Below are positions 15,101 to 25,487 of a stretch of DNA of 42,641 nt, piece by piece. The stretch comes from a virus (taxonomy: Duplodnaviria > Caudoviricetes). Within the stretch, counting starts at the first letter, position 1. Each line of letters opens with the position of its first letter. The notes under the pieces are model-generated. The model was not told where the DNA came from, ran no database searches, and saw nothing but the letters and a program-made list of their open reading frames with translations. Made by a program: the position numbers and the translations under genes. The DNA lies in IMG/VR virus record IMGVR_UViG_3300044448_002764, positions 1 to 42,641 of that record; one strand, 5' to 3'.

Positions 15101-16678
15101 AGTATACTCTAAATCTTTTACTTCATATTCAAGACTTTCTTTTTTATGTTTTTTATTCATCTCCTTGATAGATTTCTTTTCTGTCTTTTCTAATTTTTCA
15201 ACTTGTATTCCAACTTTTTTTGGAGATTGCAAGGCAGATGCTCTTTTATTAATTTTTTCAGAAAGTTGTTGTTTTTGTTTGTTTAATAATGTTAATCTTT
15301 TTTTATCAGCATCATTTTTTCTTGGATTCTTTTTTAAATTTTGTATCTCAGATTCTATAGAATTAAGTTTCTCTTTCCAATTTTTTAAATATTTATCTTT
15401 GCTTATCTTTTCAGATAGAATAGTTTCTGCTTCTCCAACTTTTTCTTTTGAGGTTGTTTTTTTAATATTCTCTCTTATAGGTTGCTCTGGAGTTTTAACT
15501 GAATCTAATTCCCCAGAGTCAAGAAGCTTATTTAATTCTTTTATTTTGCTTAATGTAAGATTGTTCTCTGATTCAAGTTCTTTTAATTTTTCTAGTACAA
15601 GTTTATTTGAATCTTTATCTGGAGAAACCTTATCTAATAATTTTAAATATTCTTTCTTTAATCTTTCTTTGTTCATTAATTCGTTATGCATCTTATCTTT
15701 AGCCTGCATAACTGTAGACCTTATTCCCTTTAATCCAACAACAGTTCCAAGTGTGTGAATTAAGGATTCTTGGGTTACTGGAGTTCCTTCTATTAATCTT
15801 TCTCCTGTAGCAAGACCAAGAGTTTCAGTTGCTATCTCAACTCCCTTCCTTGCAGATTTACTAAGAACATTTTGTGATACTGGTTGTCCTAATATTTTAC
15901 TTGTAGCCGCTCCAGTCCCAGCTAATATAGTACCCTTACCATATCCTTTTACAAACTCTACTCCAGCCTTACTCCAATCAACTCCAAATGGAGTGACCAA
16001 ACCCATAACTCCTGGTGCAGTTCCTTCCTTACCTTGTGTATCCATGAATAATTGAACTTCAGCTTGTTTGTCAGCAAGTATAGAATGACCAGATTGAAAT
16101 GCACCAAACCCAGTACCTCCTTGCACTGAGGCAACACCAGTTTTTAAAAGAGATGGTGCAGTTTGTTTTAAATGTCTATTAACTGCTCTTGTAGAAACCT
16201 TCTCAGCCATCTCTCTACTTAATCCATTTGCTACAAGTTTAGTTGTTACACTTTTTCTTACTCCTCCTATTGTGAGTTTTGCAGCTGTTGAACCAGGAAC
16301 TAAAAATGTAAGAACATCTATAGGCATAAAGAATGATGCTATCCCAGCACCAATTTCCTCAAGAGAATTAAAATCCCTTCCCTGTAAATCGAATGCTTGT
16401 TCTCCACTTACAATACTGTGTGCTATACCTGTTAATGAATCGTTGTATCCCTTTTTTAAAAAATCATACCAATGTTCGTGCTGAGGTTCTGTTTGTAGGT
16501 TATCTGGATTTGGAACAGCAATTTTATATTGTCTTTCAGATACATATTGTGCTTTTTCCTCATCTTCTTTGTACTCTGGAAATCTTTCTAAAGCAAAATT
16601 ATACAACCAATCATCATCCATTTCAGAATACTCTGGATATGTATCTTTTATTCTTTGTAGAATTTGTTCTCTTGTCAT
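12179..16678 (-). CDS. Giant internal virion/DNA ejection protein (1499 aa, basic)
   Basis: Last gene of the late arm; N-terminal YPEY…FPEY motif, Gly/Ala-rich hydrophobic helices and Lys-rich coiled coil; position matches podovirus ejection proteins. Confidence 0.65.
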   Translation of the reverse strand: MTREQILQRIKDTYPEYSEMDDDWLYNFALERFPEYKEDEEKAQYVSERQYKIAVPNPDNLQTEPQHEHWYDFLKKGYNDSLTGIAHSIVSGEQAFDLQGRDFNSLEEIGAGIASFFMPIDVLTFLVPGSTAAKLTIGGVRKSVTTKLVANGLSREMAEKVSTRAVNRHLKQTAPSLLKTGVASVQGGTGFGAFQSGHSILADKQAEVQLFMDTQGKEGTAPGVMGLVTPFGVDWSKAGVEFVKGYGKGTILAGTGAATSKILGQPVSQNVLSKSARKGVEIATETLGLATGERLIEGTPVTQESLIHTLGTVVGLKGIRSTVMQAKDKMHNELMNKERLKKEYLKLLDKVSPDKDSNKLVLEKLKELESENNLTLSKIKELNKLLDSGELDSVKTPEQPIRENIKKTTSKEKVGEAETILSEKISKDKYLKNWKEKLNSIESEIQNLKKNPRKNDADKKRLTLLNKQKQQLSEKINKRASALQSPKKVGIQVEKLEKTEKKSIKEMNKKHKKESLEYEVKDLEYTLGLKEQVVQHLRRTLGIVDGDLSKASPKDLYNYKKWVEKNAELSLRDKASDSIIRKEVVKKLGVKEFDKLGFFTKMALPSAKVIEKFGGGPGKIVSEKLYAHFFDSVTQKATGNYYRRQMTSKLNGLGLNTTELDMVTKLHNKEMFSYDKLSTKEKKWYRDANGRGRKGDADYLAPNKDSKAYKAKEKYQDMMNSLFDQWVEAVVKPLKTKGLRDKVRKKLRKDRYVEDYVQRVLTPEARKWAISNKFGFKDKLEYNILKQLEAENLKLPKNQRLSQQELKSSAGSVINDIVNGNSYDNVLFNVNFDMTRKAKLPNVMEMQVTDMLGNKKMKEIKIFDTSFQNVETYTQRMSHYVSTIKHFRDYTNVDRMLKNKYGIKMPSQGEGYAKNILNDMGKVSQKLQQYSERTIKKQLLGDRDLLNDPWYRGLKSVTAYVGWTGLTSPFTGMKNWLLADVHNFTAYGFRGLMRSYTALIDPKMWNLANKVNAFEVGGTLWKDAGLSGKITKYNPGLMTIAENANRIRSVAAGHYVSQNAAYVLQNKTASAALRKIMTKDYAYDLFRNTFQLGEKDIRLIERYGLDSRNPSVVSSGQAQNIININKKIAHYSHINTQGATSPAFLPLWSSGKTGRSMTLFYRMAYRAGVNVHNNVYKPLAGGNPFPMLRYISSSLVGGEVMNGLYKNILGRISGTEIADKDRQYAEIIENGFTMEILGPFTNVVEDFNGEAGGLLDEVAIFRQIQDFTSLIIKLTTGNERKDRAFEDYLKDTIVFFNHAEKVYQNKISTKPEHRYLVNHKQIRKYVDFYSKNRDPASWEDNKYYREVYTERHKFQKDLQDAFYTGNEQEMANAFWSSVMQLTHQYKESNQYTGSNGNQFAQAYIDAHNEIIGSVKRFRPVDLALNDRGGKIISKYNEFMLHVKKTNPDVFLQINETEEYYMKRLQLLDGAIRKYNKNDLFISDLKEFIELDKLQRIQPR

Positions 16679-16685
16679 TTTTTAA

Positions 16686-19600
16686 TTATTTCTTTTTAAG
16701 AAAATCATTCATACTATTAAATATTGAATCATAATCATCTTCAGGCTTAACTGGAATATCTTTTCTATCTACTGGCTTGCTTCTAATATACTCAGGTCTC
16801 CTGTCTGTTGGTTCCTCTACTATATTACTATATACAATTGCCCCTTGCTTATTATCTGGATTCACTCTACCTTCTCGTGCATCATAGTTTGGATAAACTG
16901 CTTGTTTACTAAAAGCCATTACATCTCCCTCTTCTCCTCTTCTTCCTCTTTTTTCTTTTTTAGAAGGAATTTTAAACGACTCTACATATAGCCCCTCTCT
17001 CCATCCTGGCAAATTGCTATATTTTTTATTAAACTTTTCTGGAACATATCTCTTTCTAAGCAAAACAAAATGTTTTGAGTTCTGCATTTGCTCTGTTAAT
17101 AATTGTGCCATCTCTTCTTTATTTTTTCCTGTTTTTTCATAAACATTTGCTTGATTAAAATATATTATTCCATCTAAAGTTATATCTACAAGATTGTCAT
17201 ATTTCTCATTAATTGAATCTGCAGGCCAAATAAACTCTCCTTTCATGGTATATTTTACACCTCCAGGAGTTTCAATATAAAAATGGTGTGGTTCATATTT
17301 ATCTCCAGCGGCCTTCTCATATGAAAATTTAAATACATTATCAGTGTCTTTAATTAATCCTATTTGCCACCCATTTCCTTCTGATATCAAATCTCCTTCA
17401 TTATTATATACAGGAGCATATCCATTTGCCTTTTTCCATTCTGTATCCCCAGTTAAAAAATCAGAATATGTTTTTTTCTCAAATGTGTATTCTTCTACCT
17501 CAGCATCAACATATTCAGTTATAATATCTTCATTTAAATACTCTGAAAAATCTCCTTGAAATCTTCCGTTATTAACATCTATTTGATAATCATGATAGGC
17601 ACTTCCAGCAACATTGTTATAAGTTTGTCTATACCATCCAGCTAATCTATAAAATTCATAATCTGAATTATCAAGTAATTTTTTATGTTGCAATCCATAC
17701 CCTTGATGTTCTATTGCTCTTATTGTTGTATCAAAATGAACAGGCATTTGAACAACACTTCCATCCCCTAGTGTAATTGGAACAACTGGAACATAATTTG
17801 GATGCATTTCATATATTTCATACTTATCTCCAGTGAAGGATTTAGTTGCTGTTATGTTGGCCTTTTTATTGAAATCTCCAGTGTATGAATCTTTATATCG
17901 ATGTGGAGTGAAATCTTTTGTAATAGTTTTTCCTTGAGTTTCTCCAATGTATTCCCAATTAGATTGAACTAGATTTATATATCTATGAGTTTCATTATTA
18001 ACTTCTGATTTTGGCTTCCCTTGAAAATAGTCATAAGTTGGAGTCGTTCCATACGATGTTTCTTCCCAAACATTACTAGGTCCTGCAAAATGAGACTGTA
18101 AACTTTTCCCAGGTATTACTGCATGAGGGAATGATGATAAGGCTCTTGCACCTCCACCATCATTTGAGAAGAACATCCATTCTTTTTCTCTCTGGTTGTA
18201 AAATATTCTTTTAACTGGTAAAGTTTGTACTATTCCGTTTTCTGGAACATCTGATAATGGAATCCAATCCCTATTTCCAGATTGAACATTTCCAGCTGTA
18301 CTCCCTAAATCTCCCACTCCTTCTACTGATGCTGAAATATCTGAATTGCTCCAATCTATTCCTTCTCTACCACCAACTAATTGAGAAAAGTCATAATTAG
18401 TTCCATCAGTAACATATTCTAAATTTTTTAAAGGTCCAGTATAAACAACAGGGACAGTGACTACTTCATTCTTTCCATTTTGAGAATTATATTGAGATTG
18501 AGGACTGTTGTATATTGTAACTTGTCCACTCATTCCATCTTCTCCTGGAAGAAGGTAGAAAACTCTATTCCCTTCAGAATACCTATTGCTATCTACTGGT
18601 ATGTTTCTTGTTAAACTAGCATCTGAATAGTAATTAACAACTCCAGAAAAATCAACTGAAGTATCATGTGCAGCAACTTGCTTTCTCATGTAATCAGTAT
18701 TAAACATTGCAGAACCTATATCTAAAAACTGTGCTACTTCAAGTTTAGATAAATTTTCATTTCCTTGAAAACTTGAAAGCCAGTTCCCAAATGCTTTATG
18801 CATTAAAACCATATGCATATCTTTTGCAAATGGATTGTCCTTGTAGAATGCATCCTTGACTTTAGTTGACAATTGATTCATTAATGTTTCAGTTTCCAAT
18901 GACTTTTGAGTTGGCGAGTTTGCATCAAAATCTTCTCCATAATACTGAGAATTTGCAACTTCATCAGCACTACTTCTATTTTTTCTAAATGACCTTGTGA
19001 TATCTTGGTACGATGCATCTGGGTAAAATGTATTTAAATTAAAAAAATAAGGGTCATTAGCATCTATTAATCTTCCAAGAAAATATACATCTTCATCTGT
19101 TATTCCTCCCTCTCCACCAATAAACCCAGAATCAGAGTTAAGACCATGTGAAGATGAATATAAAAGAACATTGCTAGAATTTATATACTTATTGACATTT
19201 AATGAATTCTTTCTTGAGAAATTTTCATTAATGCTTTTAACTATAGGTATATTATGAGTATCAGTTAATTGACTATATTCTGGCATTAAATTTCCATTAG
19301 AATCAAACTCTAAAGGAAGTCCAGAATCATATGTTCCCTCAACTACTCCACTCATAATATCTGCATAATTTTGTGGAGTTTTATAAAATGCTTTATCTCT
19401 TTCATCTAATTCATTGAATCTGCTTGTAAGTTCACTATAAGTAAAATATTCAGAACTATCTTTTGGTTTAAACATATGTTGATGAGTCATTTCATCATAA
19501 TATTTTATAGGCTTATTCTCATTAATGACCATTTGGTTGTCTCCAAACATAGCATTAACTTCATTTTCAGTAGTAGTATCTTGCTCTACTAAACTATCCC

Positions 19601-21062
19601 CAACAGGAATACTTTGGTCTCCCAGAATAGTTTCAGCTTCATTTTCTATAACATTCTGTCCACCAATATCTCCTACTGCACTTCCCTTTCTAGAGAATAC
19701 TCTGTTGATTTCTTCTTCAGATACTCCAGACTTTTCTACATCTCCAGACCAAGTTGCACTCTTACCTATAATAAAATCTGGAGCAAGAGTATTATCTTTA
19801 GCACCTAAATTCAATATGTCTTGTATATTATTTCTATATATACCAAGACCATCTCCTTGCGTATTCATGTAATGAAAACTGTTTAACATATCTTCTGCTT
19901 GTTCTGGGGTTATTTGGTAATTATGCTCATTATTTAAAACAAATAATTTAGATTGTTTTAAGTTTATAATCTCTTCATAATATTGGTGTAATTTATGTAA
20001 CCTTCCTCTTAATTCTGGATATTTATATACTGGTTGATTGTTAATATCTACTGAGTCAGTAGTTTCATTAGCAATGCTTATTAAATCTTTAGAGAATATA
20101 TCAAATCCAGTATATAACAATTCCCCATATCCTTGTTCTGCTTTTACAGTAATTTCTCCATCCTCATTTGTCATAGTATCTAAAAGAGAATTCAAAGCTG
20201 CATTAGACTGTTCATCAGTATCATGCCATCTATACTCTATTAGACCTCCAAGTAATGCAGATATTTCATCATTATACAATTGTACATATTCTTTTGATAT
20301 AGTGTCTATATCGGTTATATGTTCATTAAACTCTGGACTTAAATATGGTTTTCCAGTAACTACAGATTCCATTAAAGGACCTGATAATGCATTCTTTGTT
20401 TCTTCCCATTTAGTTTTTTGCGAAGGGTCTATAAGAAATTGATTCTCTAATGTTGTTAAATGGGCTGCTCCTTCTTCTTCAGATGAATTTAAATAACCCA
20501 TTCCTTGAGATAGAATATTTCTACTACTAGTAATCTCATCTATTATTGGTTGATATTTATTTCCATATTTTGATAGTGTTTCGCTCCAACTATCTAGATT
20601 GTTTATTTTATTTGTTAAGTCTTCATAAACATTTTCTTTGTCGAATCCTTCCAATATTTTTCCAGATAATCCAGAGAAAACATCTGCACCGTAATTGAAT
20701 TTATTTTGAGGCCATGAATTGACAATCATTTGTGCATCATTAAATGAATTCTGCTCAGCATTTAAATAATTCTGTATAATAGGTCTTAAAGTATTTTGAC
20801 CTTCTGGAGTCCTAAAACTAGCGTCACTATCTAAGTACGCTTGTACCATATCATAATAGTTGCTGTCTCCAGGATTGTCTTTTACATTTGTAACTAAACT
20901 ATTTAGAAATGTTTGGTCGTATTGAAGGTCTTGATAATACTTAGCTTCATCGTTTTCGCTTTTATTAATTACAGAGGGTATTAGGTTATTAAATATAAAA
21001 TCTGCAAATAATTCTTCTTCTTCTACTCCATGCCCAGATGCATATTGTGGTCTCCCAGCCAT
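16686..21062 (-). CDS. Giant acidic protein, probable internal virion/ejection protein (1458 aa)
   Basis: ORF track; position within the ejection cluster; no recognisable catalytic motif. Confidence 0.55.
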   Translation of the reverse strand: MAGRPQYASGHGVEEEELFADFIFNNLIPSVINKSENDEAKYYQDLQYDQTFLNSLVTNVKDNPGDSNYYDMVQAYLDSDASFRTPEGQNTLRPIIQNYLNAEQNSFNDAQMIVNSWPQNKFNYGADVFSGLSGKILEGFDKENVYEDLTNKINNLDSWSETLSKYGNKYQPIIDEITSSRNILSQGMGYLNSSEEEGAAHLTTLENQFLIDPSQKTKWEETKNALSGPLMESVVTGKPYLSPEFNEHITDIDTISKEYVQLYNDEISALLGGLIEYRWHDTDEQSNAALNSLLDTMTNEDGEITVKAEQGYGELLYTGFDIFSKDLISIANETTDSVDINNQPVYKYPELRGRLHKLHQYYEEIINLKQSKLFVLNNEHNYQITPEQAEDMLNSFHYMNTQGDGLGIYRNNIQDILNLGAKDNTLAPDFIIGKSATWSGDVEKSGVSEEEINRVFSRKGSAVGDIGGQNVIENEAETILGDQSIPVGDSLVEQDTTTENEVNAMFGDNQMVINENKPIKYYDEMTHQHMFKPKDSSEYFTYSELTSRFNELDERDKAFYKTPQNYADIMSGVVEGTYDSGLPLEFDSNGNLMPEYSQLTDTHNIPIVKSINENFSRKNSLNVNKYINSSNVLLYSSSHGLNSDSGFIGGEGGITDEDVYFLGRLIDANDPYFFNLNTFYPDASYQDITRSFRKNRSSADEVANSQYYGEDFDANSPTQKSLETETLMNQLSTKVKDAFYKDNPFAKDMHMVLMHKAFGNWLSSFQGNENLSKLEVAQFLDIGSAMFNTDYMRKQVAAHDTSVDFSGVVNYYSDASLTRNIPVDSNRYSEGNRVFYLLPGEDGMSGQVTIYNSPQSQYNSQNGKNEVVTVPVVYTGPLKNLEYVTDGTNYDFSQLVGGREGIDWSNSDISASVEGVGDLGSTAGNVQSGNRDWIPLSDVPENGIVQTLPVKRIFYNQREKEWMFFSNDGGGARALSSFPHAVIPGKSLQSHFAGPSNVWEETSYGTTPTYDYFQGKPKSEVNNETHRYINLVQSNWEYIGETQGKTITKDFTPHRYKDSYTGDFNKKANITATKSFTGDKYEIYEMHPNYVPVVPITLGDGSVVQMPVHFDTTIRAIEHQGYGLQHKKLLDNSDYEFYRLAGWYRQTYNNVAGSAYHDYQIDVNNGRFQGDFSEYLNEDIITEYVDAEVEEYTFEKKTYSDFLTGDTEWKKANGYAPVYNNEGDLISEGNGWQIGLIKDTDNVFKFSYEKAAGDKYEPHHFYIETPGGVKYTMKGEFIWPADSINEKYDNLVDITLDGIIYFNQANVYEKTGKNKEEMAQLLTEQMQNSKHFVLLRKRYVPEKFNKKYSNLPGWREGLYVESFKIPSKKEKRGRRGEEGDVMAFSKQAVYPNYDAREGRVNPDNKQGAIVYSNIVEEPTDRRPEYIRSKPVDRKDIPVKPEDDYDSIFNSMNDFLKKK

Positions 21063-21072
21063 ATTCTATTCC

Positions 21073-21897
21073 TTATTCGTATTCGTAAGCATTCATTACT
21101 GACATCATACTATCCATTAAAGTTTGCAATGCAGTGTCATATGTATTATAACTACCACCTACCATATTTCCAACAGTCTCTTGTGTTTTAATTCTATTGT
21201 TTTCATAATCTAGTTGATTCAGTTGTAATAATTTATTTCTTTGTGGAGATATTGATAAGCCCTGTCCAATTGAATGTGCATTATACAATCCTTGTAAATA
21301 ATTAGCCTTATTCTGATTTTCTGCACCTTCAACTATAGATGCATAGTTTTCTGGCATCATTCCCATCATTAATCCTTTTAACTCTCTTTGTCCTTCAGCA
21401 CCATAATTCCCTATAAAAGATTCCCAAACTTGTCTAAGCTCTAATACTTGTCTTAATTCATCTCCTTGAACTTGGGTGTCATAAGGATTGTATCCTTCAT
21501 CATCCCCTGGTAAGTTGAATCCACCTGGAATTTCATCTGAATCGTCTGGTATATAGTATTCCATTTCTTCAAATATATCTACATTACCATCATTTTGCTT
21601 TAAACCATGAGTCATCAAATCCCACATATTATCACCCGACCCAGCCTGACTATACCAAGAATCTTCTGCGTCGCTAGCCATATCTGGATTTAAGTATGTT
21701 GAAAACCAATCAGCATCTTGTAATCTAGTAGAAGCTTGTCCAGCAGGAATTTGTGTGTTAAATAAATGATTAAGCACTTGTCTGAAATCTGTAATATCTG
21801 GCATTCCAATTTGAGTTTCAATATCAGCACTACCATATATAGATTCATCTATATGCGTTCCTTCGTTTTCATTAAAAATATCCATCCAATCAGACAT
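21073..21897 (-). CDS. Acidic protein, probable internal virion protein
   Basis: ORF track; Q/N-rich helical C-terminus; GGAGG SD; position. Confidence 0.55.
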   Translation of the reverse strand: MSDWMDIFNENEGTHIDESIYGSADIETQIGMPDITDFRQVLNHLFNTQIPAGQASTRLQDADWFSTYLNPDMASDAEDSWYSQAGSGDNMWDLMTHGLKQNDGNVDIFEEMEYYIPDDSDEIPGGFNLPGDDEGYNPYDTQVQGDELRQVLELRQVWESFIGNYGAEGQRELKGLMMGMMPENYASIVEGAENQNKANYLQGLYNAHSIGQGLSISPQRNKLLQLNQLDYENNRIKTQETVGNMVGGSYNTYDTALQTLMDSMMSVMNAYEYE

Positions 21898-22412
21898 TAT
21901 TTTTTACGCCTCCAATATCCTTTTTTCAATAATTCTGAAAAATCTTTGCCTTGTTTCGTTCCTCCAGCAGTTCCTTTTAACCAAGGAGTATTCAAAGATT
22001 GTAATTCTGGAATATATTTAAAAACATTACTTGTTCCATGCTCTATAGATTCTTTCAGAAATGCAGCATCTATAGCATCCATTTGAGAGTTCCATTGTCC
22101 TTTATATTTTCCACCTGGTGAACTTCCTTTTATATGGTCATCAGCCATCTCGTAAGGAAGTATAAATCCAGTTGTAGCACTTAATGCAGGTCCTACTACT
22201 GGAACAAAGAACAATGCAGTAGATATTAATTGCCCTAGGGAAAATCCTTTACTTGCTTCTGCTTTTGCTTTAGCTAATTCTTCTTGAAATATTTTATAAT
22301 CATAATTTTTTTGTGCAGTTGAACGAGCAACAGCAGATTTAGATGCTCTTCTAGCAGTAACATCTTGAGTTCTTCCTTGTTGCATTAATTTATATATACT
22401 AGGTGTAGCCAT
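21897..22412 (-). CDS. Probable pilot/ejection protein with hydrophobic segment
   Basis: LGQLISTALFFVPVVGPALSA; first gene after the tail genes. Confidence 0.55.
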   Translation of the reverse strand: MATPSIYKLMQQGRTQDVTARRASKSAVARSTAQKNYDYKIFQEELAKAKAEASKGFSLGQLISTALFFVPVVGPALSATTGFILPYEMADDHIKGSSPGGKYKGQWNSQMDAIDAAFLKESIEHGTSNVFKYIPELQSLNTPWLKGTAGGTKQGKDFSELLKKGYWRRKK

Positions 22413-22438
22413 TATTTCCCTTCGGTTATAGTCGATTT

Positions 22439-22466
22439 AATATAATAATATTTTTTATAAAAACAA
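22439..22466 (-). promoter_or_regulatory. Promoter-like TTGTTT-N16-TATATT upstream of the ejection gene cluster
   Basis: Read on the - strand in an AT-rich gap; same TATATT -10. Confidence 0.4.
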
Positions 22467-22473
22467 AGCATTT

Positions 22474-22908
22474 TTATGTAGGTTCATTCCCATCCATCAT
22501 TTTCCAAGCAGTTCCATTATATTGAATAACTTCATCAGCGTCTGCTGGATTTACACACATACTTCCTTTTCTAGGTACTAGTGGTTTTTCCAATGGTATA
22601 ATCAATCCATGTTTAGCACCTCCACCTACAAATACAGAACCTTTTTGTGCCTTTAAATCTTTCTTAAAGTTAACATTCTTTCCAAATATTATTTCACTAT
22701 CAGTGAAAGAAAATAGTTTTATCCACTTTCTAGAAACCTTTATATATAAAGAGCTTCCATCTTGACTATTGTTTACTACTTTAATGGGTACTGATTCAGA
22801 GCGTATATTACCAAATGAACCATCTCCTTTTTTTCTATCTTCTTTTAAAGACAACTTTCTTTCTAATTCTTCTATCTTATTTTCTAATCTTTCAATTCTG
22901 CTTTCCAT
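22474..22908 (-). CDS. Tail-associated hypothetical protein (coiled coil plus beta region)
   Basis: ORF track; follows the tail tube gene; C-terminal YNGTAW fibre-like motif. Confidence 0.55.
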   Translation of the reverse strand: MESRIERLENKIEELERKLSLKEDRKKGDGSFGNIRSESVPIKVVNNSQDGSSLYIKVSRKWIKLFSFTDSEIIFGKNVNFKKDLKAQKGSVFVGGGAKHGLIIPLEKPLVPRKGSMCVNPADADEVIQYNGTAWKMMDGNEPT

Positions 22909-25487
22909 TAGTCTGCTCTCTTATGTATTGTTGTATACTCTATCGCCATATCATTAATGGTTACTTTACTTGAATTTGAGTTTGATATATAAAATCTTAT
23001 TGAGTTGCAAGTTATTGGATTTGCTGGAGTTATAGTTATAATATCATAAGACTCTCCACTATCTGATGTTGCTGATAACTTTGATGCAGATGCAGAACTT
23101 AAATCAGTCCAAGCGTCATTATTATTTATTGCATATTTAATACTGCTATTTGGTCCAGCAGATGTGTTCTTAGCAGTAATCATTATTTTATATATTTTCT
23201 TTTTTAATGTAGTAGTTCCAAATGTAAAATCTTTTGTAACAATTGCAAATCCAGCCTGAGCAGTTGCATTGTCATCCCAGTATTTCAAATTACCATCAGA
23301 CATAAATACAAAGTTTTCTTCATAGTCTGTTAAGAAGTTTGACTTATTTGTGTCATCAAATATTCCTTGTGCAAAAACCCATGAACCTGAATCAAAATCA
23401 TAAATCCAAGTATCCCCATCATAGTGTGTACCTGCTTGTCCATTTATTTGTTGGTTTTTACTTTGATTAGAACACACAATATATAATTGTTTTGCTTTAT
23501 CACTAAATCCAACTACTGGTGTATCTCCACCTTTTTGTATAAACTCTGAAAAATTTGGAGTTCCATAAACATATGGATGACTAGTACTACTAGAAGTTCC
23601 ATAATATCCACTCTCTCCAACTACATTTAATCTTTTACTAATCGTTTGCAATGAACCATCAAAAAGAAATACTCCTAATCTTGTTGCCCAGAATACTCCA
23701 TATCCACTACTAACTACTGAACCAGAATTTAATACTCCAAGACCCCAAAATGTATCCATAACAGATTCTCCAGCCTCAAGAGATGATGCATCTAATACAA
23801 ACATTAAACTTTCTTTAAATACACATAGACTAGAATTAACTTGTGCTAACTCAACTATCTGCTCTCCATCTTCCATATTTGCTTCAATAGTGTTTGAGTT
23901 TGGATATACATCTGGACAACTACCAGATAATCCCATTGAACTTCTAATTAATCTATCTCTATGTTGAACTGTGTTTCCACCTTCATCAGTTACTTTTAAA
24001 TTGCCAATATATACATCATTATTAAATCGTGTTGCTACCTTATAGTGAGTAAATATAGAATTAGTTATACCAAACTTATGATTAGTTTTATCATACTCTC
24101 CTAAATCTATAAGAGTATTTGTAAAGTATGTTGTAGACTCTGGATATTCATCTGAATTTATTCCTCCTGTTTTTATCGCAACATTATTTGAACTTGCACC
24201 AGCAGATAAACAAGTCCACTCTCCAACATATTTATAATCTTTTGGAAGAGCATCTTCAGTAACATATAATCTAGCCGCTGTTATTCTTGGATTCCATTGC
24301 AATCTATATAAGCTTTTAGCAGAAGAGCTTCCATCATGAGTAGCTGCCGTAGTACCTAGTTGACCTCTTTTTACTGTCAATGTAGTTCCACTAACTCCTT
24401 CTACTCTAAAAATTTCATTATCAACCTTAAAGTACTCTCCAACAGTTAACCCAGTTGCATCACTAGTCCCATTTAAAATGCAATTAGTATAGCTTGTTGC
24501 AGTTGTACTATTTAGATTCATACTTGATTCCATTAAAGTGGCACTACCAGGTCCCTCAGCAGTCCATAATTCTGGGAATATTGCATAAAATGTAGGAGTA
24601 AATGTTGTGCCTGATGCCTCAAGAACTTTTGAGCCTATATATGTTGGTAAACTTTCTTGTCTTTCATCGTAAATATATGATACAAATAAATTATATGTCT
24701 TACCACTTTCCCATCCCACTATGGTGTCATCAATACCTGTCCCAGAACCTCCACCACTATCTACAGTATAGTATATTCCAACAGGAATAGAATTTGGATA
24801 AGCTGAATTTAAAGTAAAGTTAGTATATTCATCAATTTTTGCATTAACGGTATTTTCATCAGTATTTATAGTGCTGGATTGTTGAGCAGAAACATGATTA
24901 CCATTTTTATCTTGATTCATTGGAGAGTATATTTCTTGGTCTAACATACACCATCCATTAATACTTAAAACATTTTCTGTGTCAGTTAATGATGGAAATA
25001 TATTTCTTTTTATATATGAAAACCATTGTGCATCTTTATTTAAATGCCCTCTATCATATATTCTTAATGCATTATTTATAAAGAAAAAATCTGGTTTCCC
25101 ATTGCTAGACCATGGAAGGACATAATTTATCTTTGCATCTGCTGTGGAATTATCATATTGAATCTGAGCGAATCCAATAGCCTTTCCATTTGAATCATCT
25201 TGCATAGCAAATACTCTTCTTCCATTTCCATCTGGAGTTGCATTTGTAGCTATGTTATACTCTGTAAAGAATAGAAATAATCCTTGACCTTGAGTATATG
25301 TACTTGAACTCGATGTTGGTTCATTAGAAGCATGATTTTGTGTAGTACCTAAAGTTTGTAATACACCAGCCTTCTTTACATTAACTTGTCTTAAAAGGAC
25401 ATACTCTGATGAACCAATGTCACGAGCGTCACTATTGGTATTTATTCCTCCTTCAAAACTATTTATAACTTCAAAGGATTTAGGCAT
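22908..25487 (-). CDS. Tail tubular B / P22 gp10-like stabilization (nozzle) protein
   Basis: N-terminal FEGGIN…D, beta-propeller-like strands and C-terminal TKDFTFG…KKKIYK; size and position fit. Confidence 0.75.
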   Translation of the reverse strand: MPKSFEVINSFEGGINTNSDARDIGSSEYVLLRQVNVKKAGVLQTLGTTQNHASNEPTSSSSTYTQGQGLFLFFTEYNIATNATPDGNGRRVFAMQDDSNGKAIGFAQIQYDNSTADAKINYVLPWSSNGKPDFFFINNALRIYDRGHLNKDAQWFSYIKRNIFPSLTDTENVLSINGWCMLDQEIYSPMNQDKNGNHVSAQQSSTINTDENTVNAKIDEYTNFTLNSAYPNSIPVGIYYTVDSGGGSGTGIDDTIVGWESGKTYNLFVSYIYDERQESLPTYIGSKVLEASGTTFTPTFYAIFPELWTAEGPGSATLMESSMNLNSTTATSYTNCILNGTSDATGLTVGEYFKVDNEIFRVEGVSGTTLTVKRGQLGTTAATHDGSSSAKSLYRLQWNPRITAARLYVTEDALPKDYKYVGEWTCLSAGASSNNVAIKTGGINSDEYPESTTYFTNTLIDLGEYDKTNHKFGITNSIFTHYKVATRFNNDVYIGNLKVTDEGGNTVQHRDRLIRSSMGLSGSCPDVYPNSNTIEANMEDGEQIVELAQVNSSLCVFKESLMFVLDASSLEAGESVMDTFWGLGVLNSGSVVSSGYGVFWATRLGVFLFDGSLQTISKRLNVVGESGYYGTSSSTSHPYVYGTPNFSEFIQKGGDTPVVGFSDKAKQLYIVCSNQSKNQQINGQAGTHYDGDTWIYDFDSGSWVFAQGIFDDTNKSNFLTDYEENFVFMSDGNLKYWDDNATAQAGFAIVTKDFTFGTTTLKKKIYKIMITAKNTSAGPNSSIKYAINNNDAWTDLSSASASKLSATSDSGESYDIITITPANPITCNSIRFYISNSNSSKVTINDMAIEYTTIHKRAD

